Positions 1 to 9,416 of a stretch of 64,000 bases of DNA are shown in pieces. The DNA is from an uncultured Anaerolineaceae bacterium (GTDB taxonomy: Bacteria > Chloroflexota > Anaerolineae > Aggregatilineales > Phototrophicaceae). Under the pieces are notes generated by a model. The model ran no database searches, had not been told where the DNA came from, and saw only the letters and a list, made by a program, of their open reading frames with translations. The DNA is taken from assembly GCA_964639225.1 (NCBI GenBank), contig CAZXCK010000002.1, positions 5,507 to 69,506 on the forward strand, read 5' to 3'. The stretch's first letter is position 1; each line of letters starts with the position of its first letter. The translations under genes and the position numbers were made by a program.

Positions 1-273
1 GTGGGCGATTCGGGAATCGTTTTTGCGCCAAATGGTAACGACTACATCATCTCGGTCTTCCTGTGGGAAGACACCGATGAACGCGATTTCGAATTACTGT
101 GGCCAATTCTGGAAGACATCTCGCGCGCAGCGTGGAATTATTTCGTGCCAGATCAGCCGCTGCTTGAACGCCGCGAGCTGCCCTTTGCTGCCCAGGAGTG
201 TGAGGGGAATTATCTACCACCTCAGGGGCAGGTCAATCTGGATGATATGGATGCCTGGCGCACATCAGGATAA
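1..273 (+). CDS. C-terminal fragment of a serine hydrolase / class A beta-lactamase-like protein (5' end outside the window)
   Basis: The ORF runs off the left edge. GDSGIVFAPNGNDYIISVFL resembles the strand that follows the KTG motif in class A beta-lactamase-like proteins. Only 90 aa are visible. Confidence 0.4.
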   Translation: MGDSGIVFAPNGNDYIISVFLWEDTDERDFELLWPILEDISRAAWNYFVPDQPLLERRELPFAAQECEGNYLPPQGQVNLDDMDAWRTSG

Positions 274-279
274 GCCGAC

Positions 280-696
280 TTACAATCGCTTGCTGATGAT
301 AAGACAGTTGCGCTGCTGGCAATAGCGATATTCGATCCGGTCCATAAACTTCTTGACAAAGTAAATGCCCCACCCGCCACTTGGACGCTGCATAAGCGGC
401 GCTTTGGGGTCCGGGTCCTCCTGCTGCAGGGGATTAAAGGCGGGCGCATCGTCGATAACGATAATGGTAAACCACCGCTCATCACGGCGGCACACGATCT
501 CAATCGACCTGCCCTGCCCCTCAAAATGATAACCATGTTCAATGATGTTTGTGCATATCTCTTCGACCGACAAATAGCAGCGATAAATCGATTCGTCGTC
601 CATGCCAGCCTCACGCGCGTTGATGGAAACAAATGCACAGGCTCGTTCGATTTCATTCACAACAGCGTTGATTCGCAATCTGCTCTGCTGGGTCAT
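280..696 (-). CDS. Anti-sigma regulatory factor, RsbW/SpoIIAB-type serine kinase (HATPase_c-like)
   Basis: 138 aa. The N-box-like EEICTNIIEHGY motif, the size, and the position directly downstream of a STAS antagonist gene fit a partner-switching kinase. Confidence 0.7.
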   Translation of the reverse strand: MTQQSRLRINAVVNEIERACAFVSINAREAGMDDESIYRCYLSVEEICTNIIEHGYHFEGQGRSIEIVCRRDERWFTIIVIDDAPAFNPLQQEDPDPKAPLMQRPSGGWGIYFVKKFMDRIEYRYCQQRNCLIISKRL

Positions 697-740
697 GGCG
701 CGTTCAATCTCCAGGGATGGTGACGCCCGTTATTCATGGG

Positions 741-1079
741 TCAAAAACTGGCAATTGCTTCATCCGGCGTGGCGTAGATCCTGACAATCTGATGCAGACC
801 GGCCAGTTCCATAATCTCGCGAACCCGTTCTGTTGGGCGTGCGACGCGCAAATCACCCCCATCCTGCTGGCGAGCCACCTTGAGAGCTGTCACAAGCTCG
901 CGCAGGCCGGCACTGCTCATATACTCTACACCAGAAAGATCGATAACCAACTGACGCTGATCCCGGACCAGTTGTTCCTTCAAAACAATGCCAAGCTGTG
1001 GTGCCGTAATACCGTCAATCCGCCCATTGACCTCAACCAGCGTCACGTGATTTATGCGCGAGACATCAATATCAATCAT
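741..1079 (-). CDS. STAS-domain anti-sigma-factor antagonist (RsbV/SpoIIAA-like)
   Basis: LVIDLSGVEYMSSAGLRELV is the typical STAS phosphorylatable-serine region. I chose the internal ATG at 1079 (MIDIDV...); the ORF track extends to 1274. Confidence 0.8.
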   Translation of the reverse strand: MIDIDVSRINHVTLVEVNGRIDGITAPQLGIVLKEQLVRDQRQLVIDLSGVEYMSSAGLRELVTALKVARQQDGGDLRVARPTERVREIMELAGLHQIVRIYATPDEAIASF

Positions 1080-1197
1080 GGCGCTACCCCTTAAGGTGAA
1101 TCTCTGGTGAAAATCGCGCAACACACTTATTCTACTCCAAACATATCGGCTATAATACCGGCATCGTGACAAAGTATCATCAAGATTGCGCAAGTTT

Positions 1198-1476
1198 ATG
1201 AATATGGGATACCTCCTGGTCCTGGCTCTGATCGTCACAGCTATGCTATTGGCGGTACAGCGTGCCGAACCCAAAAAGCGATTGATCGTGTTTATTCTGC
1301 TGTTGATTCCTGCATATCTACTGCGGAATTTTGTGGTTTACCGGGAGATTGTCACTGAGGGTTGGGCCGCGCTGACGATTGCATTGGTGCTTAACTTCCT
1401 TTTCTGGGCGCTGATTGGCCGTTATAATCCGGTGCGCAGCAGTGATGAAATCCAGGTGCTGGGTATGGACGACTGA
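1198..1476 (+). CDS. Small integral membrane protein, function unknown
   Basis: About three hydrophobic helices (YLLVLALIVTAMLLAV, LIVFILLLIPAYLL, WAALTIALVLNFLFWALIG). The ATG at 1198 was chosen over the TTG at 1186. Confidence 0.5.
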   Translation: MNMGYLLVLALIVTAMLLAVQRAEPKKRLIVFILLLIPAYLLRNFVVYREIVTEGWAALTIALVLNFLFWALIGRYNPVRSSDEIQVLGMDD

Positions 1477-1488
1477 CCCACAAAACTA

Positions 1489-1517
1489 AAACGCCGTCCC
1501 TGACGGAGACGGCGTTT
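1489..1517. terminator. Hairpin between convergent genes, possible bidirectional terminator
   Basis: AAACGCCGTC (1489-1498) is the perfect reverse complement of GACGGCGTTT (1508-1517), with a 9-nt loop. A-run on one side and T-run on the other. Confidence 0.5.
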
Positions 1518-1545
1518 AATCATCCATTAGCGGATAATCACATAG

Positions 1546-2601
1546 CTATTCGATTACGTTCAGCGGGATAACATCACCGCTCTGTAACATCAGAACACTG
1601 ACACGAGCAGCGACATTCTCCGAAAGCGACTTAAACGCCTTTCCGGCTTCACTCTCCGGTTCGAGCGCAACCACTGGACGCCCGTAATCGCCACCTTCGC
1701 GTACAGAAGCGGTCATCGGCACACGCCCCAGAAATGGCACTTCACGCTCCTGTGCCAACTTCTCACCGCCCCCCGAACCGAAATACTCACCGGTCATATT
1801 TTCGACGATACCGATGATCGGTACGTTCAACTGCTCGAACATAGCGATACTGCGCAGCGCGTCGGAGACGGCCACATCCTGCGGCTGGGTAACCACAATA
1901 GCGCCAGCCAGCGGGAAAGACTGCGCCAGCGACAAGGGCGCATCACCTGTACCTGGCGGCAGGTCCACAATCATGTAATCCAGATCATCACCCCAGTCAA
2001 CATCGGTGAAAAACTGGCGAATGGCGCTGTGGAGCATTGGGCCACGCATAATCATCGGACGGTCCGGCTCAGTGAGAAAACCGGTGCTCATCACTTTGAC
2101 GTTATAGGACTCAATGGGCATCATCTTGTTATTGACAACTTTAGGACGTCCGGTAGAGAGGCCCATCATACCAGGAACATTGGGGTTCAGAATATCGGCA
2201 TCGATCAGGCCCACACGCGCACCAGCTTCTGCCAGTGAAATGGCCAGATTGACAGACACCGTACTCTTACCAACACCCCCCTTGCCGCTTCCCACCGCGA
2301 TGATGCTGCGCATAGGGGCATTCAGACGTCCATGTATACGACGGTCGGTCGGCACCTGGGAATCCCAGTTGATTTCCAGCCGCTTGATGCCATCCACTTT
2401 GCCGATTACCGCCTCGTTACAGCGGGTGATAAACACATCCTTCAACGGGCAGGCCGGCGTCGTCAGTACGATGGTGAATTTCGCCGTATCACCCTCAATC
2501 GAAAGATCACGGACCATATTCAGGGACACAATATCCTTGTGCAGTTCGGGTTCGATGACAGTACTCAGCGCCGCCATCACCTGTTCTTTGGTATCAACCA
2601 T
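1546..2601 (-). CDS. Mrp/ApbC/NBP35-family P-loop ATPase with N-terminal DUF59/MIP18 domain; the usual CxxC loop is absent
   Basis: Deviant Walker A GSGKGGVGKST and N-terminal DUF59-like TTPACPLKD. The region after IVENM reads TGEYFGSGGGEKL, with no cysteines where E. coli Mrp has ICSNCGHH. The ATG at 2601 (MVDTKEQ) was chosen. Confidence 0.85.
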   Translation of the reverse strand: MVDTKEQVMAALSTVIEPELHKDIVSLNMVRDLSIEGDTAKFTIVLTTPACPLKDVFITRCNEAVIGKVDGIKRLEINWDSQVPTDRRIHGRLNAPMRSIIAVGSGKGGVGKSTVSVNLAISLAEAGARVGLIDADILNPNVPGMMGLSTGRPKVVNNKMMPIESYNVKVMSTGFLTEPDRPMIMRGPMLHSAIRQFFTDVDWGDDLDYMIVDLPPGTGDAPLSLAQSFPLAGAIVVTQPQDVAVSDALRSIAMFEQLNVPIIGIVENMTGEYFGSGGGEKLAQEREVPFLGRVPMTASVREGGDYGRPVVALEPESEAGKAFKSLSENVAARVSVLMLQSGDVIPLNVIE

Positions 2602-2804
2602 GATGTACTCCCAACTTATTCGTCGTGTTGAATGCGTCACTGTAAATTATTATAACGCACATCTTAAAAAATTATGCGTCAGAAGTTCCAGTTTCACCTT
2701 TTGAATTCAAGGCGCCGCTTCATTATGGCGCAAAACGGCCCGTTTGTGCAGTCCGTTCGTCGAATTATCAGACCAACCCGACAGGTCTACCAACCAAAGA
2801 AACA

Positions 2805-2829
2805 CCCCGGACGAAGTCTTCATCCGGGG
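2805..2829 (-). terminator. Putative rho-independent terminator after nuoI
   Basis: On the minus strand, CCCCGGA...TCCGGGG forms a 7-9 bp stem followed by TGTTTCTTTGG. Confidence 0.45.
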
Positions 2830-2861
2830 CGGGGAATGAATTTGCGATACGACTTAAGCGA

Positions 2862-3680
2862 TCAGCCCTCGCCTTTGTCTTTCTTCTCGGCAGCCTCACG
2901 CTCTCGTTTGCGCGCCAGCGCAGCCTCGCGCTTGGCCATGCGTTCAGCTTTTGCCGCTTCAGCATCAGTCTCGGACCTGGATTCTTTTTTGTCAGCGTCC
3001 TTCTTTCCAGCCGAACCTTTGGCGGCAGCTCCTTTCGCGCCAGCGTCTTTGGCTGCCGCTCGCTCGGCCTTCTTGCGCTCTTTGAGCACGTCTGTATGTT
3101 CCCAGCCACCACGCGCCTGCATTTCCTCGTAGGCGGTTGTCGGGGCGATGCTGCGCCAGTATTTGAACTCTTTCGACAGGCGCTGCTTATCGTGAATATG
3201 GCTCGACGTGCGATCGTAACTCGCCATCTCATAATCGTGATCCATTTTGATGGCGTCAAACGGGCAGAATTCGGCGCAGTAGCCACAATTCATACAGATG
3301 TCGATATCGATGTAAAATGCTTCCGGCTCCGGTATGGGACGCCCGGTATTCGGGTCCTCGCCACGAACAATCCAGATGCACTGCGGCGGACAAACCTTAG
3401 CACAGATGCCACAACTGGTACACCAGTCATGGCCGGGGCGATCCGGGTGGTCATGATCCTCGACAACAAGAAATGGCACAAAACGAAAGCGCTCCGGTAC
3501 GGCCAGCTTTTCATCTGGATACTGAACCGTAAACGCGCCCTGCGCTTTAGGCCCCTGCCGCGTGTTAAAATTATCCTGCGTGGTGTACTTCCGCATTCCG
3601 TAACGTAAATCATCGATATACGTATCGAAGAAGTGCTTTAAGGTGACACCCAGACCTTTCAGAATACCTCTTCCGTACAT
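2862..3680 (-). CDS. nuoI: NADH-quinone oxidoreductase subunit I (2x[4Fe-4S] ferredoxin-type) with a ~70-aa Lys/Ala/Glu-rich C-terminal extension
   Basis: Two ferredoxin motifs, CTSCGICAKVCPP and CMNCGYCAEFCP. The N-terminus MYGRGILKGLGVTLKHFF is typical of NuoI. The tail KERKKAERAAAKDAGAKG...REAALARKREREAAEKKDKGEG has no counterpart in canonical NuoI. Confidence 0.9.
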   Translation of the reverse strand: MYGRGILKGLGVTLKHFFDTYIDDLRYGMRKYTTQDNFNTRQGPKAQGAFTVQYPDEKLAVPERFRFVPFLVVEDHDHPDRPGHDWCTSCGICAKVCPPQCIWIVRGEDPNTGRPIPEPEAFYIDIDICMNCGYCAEFCPFDAIKMDHDYEMASYDRTSSHIHDKQRLSKEFKYWRSIAPTTAYEEMQARGGWEHTDVLKERKKAERAAAKDAGAKGAAAKGSAGKKDADKKESRSETDAEAAKAERMAKREAALARKREREAAEKKDKGEG

Positions 3681-3750
3681 TGTCTCTCCCTTACATCGGC
3701 GGTCAGGTCACAACCCGACCTGCTCCGCCGGATTATCTCATCTCGATGCT

Positions 3751-5622
3751 TTAACGGTCTGTTTCGCCCAGCACGATATCGATGCTGCCCAGCACAGTCA
3801 CAACATCAGCAACTTTGTGGCCCCGCGACATCTCCCCCAGCGCAGTCAGGTTGATGAAGCTTGGAGCCCGCACATGATACCGCCAGGGATTCTGAGTGCC
3901 CTTGCCTTCACCGGCTGAAACTACATAGAAACCCAGCTCGCCCTTTGGATTCTCGACACGGCCATAGGATTCGCCCAGCGGCACTCGCGGCGTATGCACT
4001 GGATTGCCCGCCAGGATCGCTTCGCCCTTCGTGGCTTCCAGTCGTGGGAGAATCTGCCGCAGAATACGCAGGCTCTCGCGCATTTCCAGCATGCGCACCA
4101 TAAAGCGGTCGTAAATGTCGCCATTCACACCAATAGGAATATCAAAATCCAGCTCGGGATAGATGCTATAGGGGTCAGCTCGGCGGACATCGTAAGGGAC
4201 GCCACTTGCGCGCAGCAGCGGTCCGGCAGCGCTGTAAGCCACAGCCATTTCTGGTGGCAGCACACCGACGCCAATGCAGCGAGTCTGAACAATCTCATTG
4301 TCGTTCAGGTATCGCTCGTACTCGTCAAGAAAACGTGGCAACCGTTCGTTGATGATGTCCGTCAGAAATTCCATGGTATCGAAATCGCGGACGCGATCAT
4401 TTACCAGGTTAGCGACGCTGTGAAGGCGCTCTGGAATATCCTTAAACACACCGCCGAAGCGCATGTAATTGCACATCAGGCGCGAACCAGCAGTAGCCTC
4501 AAAGAAGTCCAGGATTTTCTCACGCTCGTTATTGGCATACAGCATCGGCGTGAAGAACGCACCCAGGTCATTAAGCAGAAAACCGATTGACCACAGATGA
4601 TTGACGATACGGGTCAGTTCAGCCATCAGCACGCGAATGACTTCTGCGCGATAGGTGGGCGGGTTGTAGCGTGCGCCCAGGCTCAGAAGCTGCTCAATGG
4701 CCAGCGCATACCCGAGATTATTGCCCATGCTGGAGATGTAGTCCAGACGGTCAGTAAACGGCATATTGTGCAGATATGTATTCCGTTCGCCGATCTTCTC
4801 ATGGTTACGGTGGAGGTAGCCCATCACCGGTTCCAGGGTTTCGATCGTTTCACCGTCCAGCGTGATGACCATCCGAAACACACCATGTGTGCTGGGATGA
4901 TGCGGCCCCATATTCACCACAAGTCGGTCGGTATGGATGGAATGGTCCAGTTCCTGAACATCCACTCCCAGGCCCAGACCGGAGTAGATACTCTCTTCAG
5001 AGACATCGCTGAGCCGTGACAGGTCCAGGTCCGCGGGGTAGCGCACGTTTTTCCCGTAGGGATTGCGCTCCTCAGCACGGAAAACATGCCCACCAGGCCA
5101 GCGACTCGAGAACGGTTTGTGATCCTCTTCGTAGTAGGCTTCTTTCCAGTCCTTACGCAGTGGGTATCCGTCGAAGCCCTCCCACAGCAGAATACGCTTG
5201 AGGTTGGGGTGGCCTGGAAAGCGAATACCCATCAGGTCATAAGCTTCGCGCTCCTGGAAATCGGCACCGGGCCACACATCAACCAGCGATGGAATCTCCG
5301 GGTTATCACGCGGGGTCTGTGCTTTCAACACCAGCGCCGAACCACCACTGATGCGATAAGCGTGATACACCATCTCCATATCGGAATCGGGTTCGCCAAT
5401 GCCCATGTAATCGACAGCAGTCGCGCTGGAGAGATAGTCAAAACCCAGTTCGTCGCGCACCGTCAGCGCGACGTCAACCAGATGTCGAGGGTCAACAATG
5501 ACCCCGCCGTAACCCTCGCGCGTATCATCAGATACAGCGTCGGGGTATTTCTCCTTCAGATAGCTGATAGCGCCCTCGATGCTGTTGACGTCAACGCCTT
5601 CAGGGACGATTTGATCGGTCAT
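3751..5622 (-). CDS. nuoCD: Fused NADH-quinone oxidoreductase subunits C and D
   Basis: 623 aa. The N-terminal NuoC-like part contains [22 protein letters not shown]. The NuoD part contains [16 protein letters not shown] and ends in DIVLGETDR. Confidence 0.9.
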   Translation of the reverse strand: MTDQIVPEGVDVNSIEGAISYLKEKYPDAVSDDTREGYGGVIVDPRHLVDVALTVRDELGFDYLSSATAVDYMGIGEPDSDMEMVYHAYRISGGSALVLKAQTPRDNPEIPSLVDVWPGADFQEREAYDLMGIRFPGHPNLKRILLWEGFDGYPLRKDWKEAYYEEDHKPFSSRWPGGHVFRAEERNPYGKNVRYPADLDLSRLSDVSEESIYSGLGLGVDVQELDHSIHTDRLVVNMGPHHPSTHGVFRMVITLDGETIETLEPVMGYLHRNHEKIGERNTYLHNMPFTDRLDYISSMGNNLGYALAIEQLLSLGARYNPPTYRAEVIRVLMAELTRIVNHLWSIGFLLNDLGAFFTPMLYANNEREKILDFFEATAGSRLMCNYMRFGGVFKDIPERLHSVANLVNDRVRDFDTMEFLTDIINERLPRFLDEYERYLNDNEIVQTRCIGVGVLPPEMAVAYSAAGPLLRASGVPYDVRRADPYSIYPELDFDIPIGVNGDIYDRFMVRMLEMRESLRILRQILPRLEATKGEAILAGNPVHTPRVPLGESYGRVENPKGELGFYVVSAGEGKGTQNPWRYHVRAPSFINLTALGEMSRGHKVADVVTVLGSIDIVLGETDR

Positions 5623-5638
5623 ACGTTACTATCCTTCT

Positions 5639-6475
5639 TTACTCTGCTTTGCCCTGTGCGGCTTCACGGGCGCGTTTACGAGCCAGCGCTTCTTCGCGTT
5701 TCTTGCGCCGGGCAGCCTTCTCCGGATCCTCATCAGCTTCGGCGGCGGCAGGCGCGGCAGACGCTTTAGCTGTGGCCTTCTTCGGCGCAGATCTGGCGAC
5801 GGCGGGCAGCTCACGGAATTCCTGCGGTTTGCCCAGTGCGGCCAGTTCCGCCTGACGACGAATGATATCCATTTGGCGAGGGTCGATCACATCCGGCCCC
5901 AGAATGGGAATGGGCGTCGGTTCAGACGGGCCAACACCATACCAGGGCACATCGTCCATTACCGCCAGCGACTGCCCATCAATCTTCTTTTGCAGCGCGA
6001 TCAAACCATAGAGCAGCGCCTGCGGGGTTGGCGGGCAGCCAGGCACGTACACGTCCACTGGCAAATACTTGTCCACACCAGAAACAACGTTGTATCCCTC
6101 TTTGAAGGGACCGCCGCCACTGGCACAGGCACCCATCGCCATTACATATTTTGGTTCCGGCATCTGATTATATAGACGCACGATTGGCACGATCATCTTC
6201 TTGGTGACCGTTCCGCTGACAATCATCAGATCAGACTGTCGCGGACTCGCCCGCATAACCTCCATACCGAAACGAGAGAAGTCGTAGCGCGATGCGGCAG
6301 TGCCGATCATTTCAATCGCGCAGCAAGCCAGACCGAACAGCAGCGGCCACATCGAACTGCGCCGGCCCCAGTTATAAAGCTTGCTCAGGCTGGTGACAGC
6401 GACATTCCCCTGCATCTCGGCTGGCAGCGGAAATTCGGTGTCGTGTAAACCTTGCAGGTCCAGCTCCTTACTCAT
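5639..6475 (-). CDS. nuoB: NADH-quinone oxidoreductase subunit B with an extended basic C-terminal tail
   Basis: N2-cluster ligand motifs [16 protein letters not shown] and PGCPP. The tail is [12 protein letters not shown]...[23 protein letters not shown]. The start ATG at 6475 overlaps the iscX stop; an alternative ATG lies at 6499. Confidence 0.9.
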   Translation of the reverse strand: MSKELDLQGLHDTEFPLPAEMQGNVAVTSLSKLYNWGRRSSMWPLLFGLACCAIEMIGTAASRYDFSRFGMEVMRASPRQSDLMIVSGTVTKKMIVPIVRLYNQMPEPKYVMAMGACASGGGPFKEGYNVVSGVDKYLPVDVYVPGCPPTPQALLYGLIALQKKIDGQSLAVMDDVPWYGVGPSEPTPIPILGPDVIDPRQMDIIRRQAELAALGKPQEFRELPAVARSAPKKATAKASAAPAAAEADEDPEKAARRKKREEALARKRAREAAQGKAE

Positions 6476-6717
6476 AGGTTGTGAGTCTCCTCGTACCATT
6501 CTCGCAAAATACTGTTCAAGATATCCTCGTTTGCCAGCGCGGGATCATCGGCAAAACCGGGCAGTTGAATCACCCACTGGAATAACTGCTCAATGCCGAC
6601 ATCGTCCAGATTGGCATCGGGGTAGCGCTCTATGAGGGCCAACACGATTTCATACGTCGATTCCCAGTCCAATGATCGCGGTACGTTTTCCTCATTCATG
6701 CCCAGAGCATAACGCAT
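6472..6717 (-). CDS. iscX: IscX (YfhJ)-family Fe-S assembly accessory protein
   Basis: 81 aa. [62 protein letters not shown] aligns by eye with E. coli IscX ([22 protein letters not shown]...[32 protein letters not shown]). Confidence 0.75.
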   Translation of the reverse strand: MRYALGMNEENVPRSLDWESTYEIVLALIERYPDANLDDVGIEQLFQWVIQLPGFADDPALANEDILNSILREWYEETHNL

Positions 6718-6772
6718 TTCACAGCGATTATCGACAGAATAGTTGATGAGCTTCTTTGAAATTCATCACACA

Positions 6773-8266
6773 CTAATCCTGATCCAGCGCGTCCCCGGTG
6801 TCGATCTGGGCGCGTTGCAAACGACCGCTGAAATCGACATATACCGACTTCCACTCTGTGTATGTATCCAGTCCGGCCTGACCAGCCTCACGCATACCGT
6901 TGCCCGTTCCACGTGTGCCACCAAACGGGAATTGAATCTCCGCGCCAGTCGTTCCATGATTGATGTACACGATGCCGGTCGTCAGATCGCGCATCGCACG
7001 GAAAGCCGCGTTCACATTCTCAGTGAAGATGCTGCTGGAAAGTCCATACGGAACACTGTTGCTGACCTGGATCGCCTCATCCAGGCTGTCCACTTCCACA
7101 ATAGACAGCACCGGACCGAAGATCTCTTCCTGCTCCACGCGCATACCGGCAAGTACACCATCAAACAGCGTCGGTTCGAAGAAGAAACCCTTGTCCATAT
7201 TTGCCGGGCGACCACCACCAACCAGAATACGAACGCCCTCATCCCTGGCGACATCCATATAGCCAGCGACTTTGTCCAATGCGCGCTGGTTTACCAGTGG
7301 GCCGACCTCGACATCCGGTTCCAGACCATAACCCAGCTTCAACGAACGCGCTTTTTCAACCAATGCTTCGACCAGACGTGGTTTGATTCCACGCTGAACG
7401 ATTAAACGGCTGCAAGCGGTACAGCGCTGGCCGGTCGTACCGAATGCGCTCCAATTGATAGCATCCACAGCCAGTGACAGATTGGCATCGTCCATCACGA
7501 TGATCGCGTTCTTGCCGCCCATCTCAAGCGTGACTTTCTTGCCCAGTTTGGCTGCCCGGGTATACACCCCCAGGCCGGTTGTTGTCGAACCCGTGAACGA
7601 AATCACGCGCACCCCCGGATGATCGACCAGGGCCGCGCCAGTGTCGCCAGCGCCAGTGACCAGATTCAGCACGCCCGCTGGCAAACCAGCATCCTCGAAC
7701 ACCTTAACAAACGCTGCCGCCGTCGCCGGTACGTCCTCACCGGGCTTCCAGATAACCGTGTTGCCAGCGATCAACGCTGGCAGCATCTTCCAGCTCGGTA
7801 CAGCAATGGGGAAATTCCAGGGTGTAATCAACCCCACTACCCCAACCGAGTCACGCAGCGCCATACCGAATTTATTGGGCATTTCCACTGGTGCCGTGTA
7901 TCCCATGAGGCGACGCCCCTCACCAGCCATATAGTAAGCCATGTCAATGGCTTCCTGGACATCGCCCTGCGCTTCGGTCAGAACTTTGCCCATCTCGCTG
8001 GTCATCAGGCGAGAGATTTCCTGTTTACGTTCGGTGAGCAAATGTGCCACCTGGAATAAAATCTCGCCACGGCGCGGCGCTGGCATCAGCCGCCAGGATT
8101 TGTAAGCCGCCTGAGCCGCCAGTACAGCCGCATCCACATCCTGTGCGTCGCTGTTCCAGGCATGCGCCAGCAATTCCTCCGTGGCCGGATTCACACTCGG
8201 CAGTGGCGAACGGCTCCGAGATGGAATCCATTGGCCACCAATGAAGTTATTGATCTGTTGAGGCAT
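6773..8266 (-). CDS. NAD(P)-dependent aldehyde dehydrogenase family protein
   Basis: 497 aa. Contains [16 protein letters not shown] and the catalytic-cysteine region GQRCTACSR. Confidence 0.85.
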   Translation of the reverse strand: MPQQINNFIGGQWIPSRSRSPLPSVNPATEELLAHAWNSDAQDVDAAVLAAQAAYKSWRLMPAPRRGEILFQVAHLLTERKQEISRLMTSEMGKVLTEAQGDVQEAIDMAYYMAGEGRRLMGYTAPVEMPNKFGMALRDSVGVVGLITPWNFPIAVPSWKMLPALIAGNTVIWKPGEDVPATAAAFVKVFEDAGLPAGVLNLVTGAGDTGAALVDHPGVRVISFTGSTTTGLGVYTRAAKLGKKVTLEMGGKNAIIVMDDANLSLAVDAINWSAFGTTGQRCTACSRLIVQRGIKPRLVEALVEKARSLKLGYGLEPDVEVGPLVNQRALDKVAGYMDVARDEGVRILVGGGRPANMDKGFFFEPTLFDGVLAGMRVEQEEIFGPVLSIVEVDSLDEAIQVSNSVPYGLSSSIFTENVNAAFRAMRDLTTGIVYINHGTTGAEIQFPFGGTRGTGNGMREAGQAGLDTYTEWKSVYVDFSGRLQRAQIDTGDALDQD

Positions 8267-8393
8267 AATAAATCTCTTTCCTTATGTGCTGCATTTTGTG
8301 GGGTGTTGAACAGACCAGCACGGCAAGTATAGAAAGCCAGTAGCAGATTGTCAACAATTTCACAAAGACCATCAAAAGCGAGTTTAGACGTGG

Positions 8394-9365
8394 TTAAAAC
8401 ACGTCTGCACCAATGTTAACATCGTTCAGTTGTGTCACCCGTGCGCCCTGTTCGTCAATGCAGGTGTGCCGGCTCTGTGCGCCGATACCGGCGTCGTCAT
8501 ACAGTGCCTGAAGCGCGGTTGCTGTGTTCTGGGCGGCCAGTGAACTATCGCACACTGCGCACAGCGTTGGCCCGGCACCGCTGATAACCAGCCCCAACGC
8601 ACCAGCATTCTTGGCCCGATGGCGCGCTTCACCGAGCAGCGGAATCAGATGCGCCCGCGCCGCTTCGATCACTGCGTCGGACTCCATCGCCGCTGCGATC
8701 TCTGCCACATCACCACGATAAAGCGCATCAACCAGACGAGCAACGGCACCCGTCTGCGCTACCATCGTGCGCAAAGAAACTGACTGCGGCAGTACCGCAC
8801 GGGCCTCAGCGGTAGGAACAGCCACAGCCGGTGTCACCAGCGCAAGGTGCAGATTGGCAGGCACCGGCAGGCAGCGAATATCAGCCGGTGAGTTATGCGT
8901 GATTAATGTGATTCCTCCCAACAGGCACGGCCCGACATTATCGGCATGGTAACCGCTGACGATCGCTTCTCCCTCGAGGCAGGCCGGCAGGAGTGCTTCA
9001 CGGCCCAAAGGTTCGCCGAACAAAGCGTTTACCGCCATCACCGCCGCGACAGCGCTCGCCGCGCTGCTACCCAGTCCGCTGGCCAGCGGCAGCCCTTTCC
9101 TGACTGTCATGCTAATGCCGTCGTCAATGCCCATCATATCCAGCAGCGCCTGGGCTGCCACGCCCGCCGTATTGCGACCGGCTTCCAAGGGCAGTGCCCC
9201 CCCATCACCCTCAATCGCACTGATGACAACACCCGGTGAGTCGCGTCGTTCAACACGCACAACATCCCCTGGTTCACGGAACGCCAACCCCATGATGTCG
9301 AACCCAACGCCAACATTCCCCATGCTGGCCGGTGCAAAGGCTTCTGCGCTGGTATTTGAGGCCAA
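8394..9365 (-). CDS. thrB: Homoserine kinase
   Basis: GHMP-kinase motif PLASGLGSSAASAVAAV and N-terminal ASMGNVGVGFDIMG. Divergent from thrC. Confidence 0.9.
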   Translation of the reverse strand: MASNTSAEAFAPASMGNVGVGFDIMGLAFREPGDVVRVERRDSPGVVISAIEGDGGALPLEAGRNTAGVAAQALLDMMGIDDGISMTVRKGLPLASGLGSSAASAVAAVMAVNALFGEPLGREALLPACLEGEAIVSGYHADNVGPCLLGGITLITHNSPADIRCLPVPANLHLALVTPAVAVPTAEARAVLPQSVSLRTMVAQTGAVARLVDALYRGDVAEIAAAMESDAVIEAARAHLIPLLGEARHRAKNAGALGLVISGAGPTLCAVCDSSLAAQNTATALQALYDDAGIGAQSRHTCIDEQGARVTQLNDVNIGADVF

Positions 9366-9416
9366 AGATGTTATCCTTTAATGGGCTGGTGGCGATCACG
9401 CGATGAGGTTACATCA

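Noticed and set aside
2674-3286. ORFs 2674-3132 (plus) and 2768-3286 (minus), with Ala/Ser/Arg-rich products, overlapping the nuoI tail region
   Set aside because: They are alternative-frame readings of the repetitive GC-rich DNA that encodes the NuoI K/A/E tail. The nuoI frame continues uninterrupted from the ferredoxin core.
3751-5622. Possibility that the nuoB/CD/I set is a group-4 [NiFe] hydrogenase (Ech/Mbh-like) module
   Set aside because: The NuoD part lacks the N-terminal RxCGxC and C-terminal DPCxxC Ni-Fe ligand motifs; it has GPHHPSTHG and ends DIVLGETDR. No hyp maturation genes are present.
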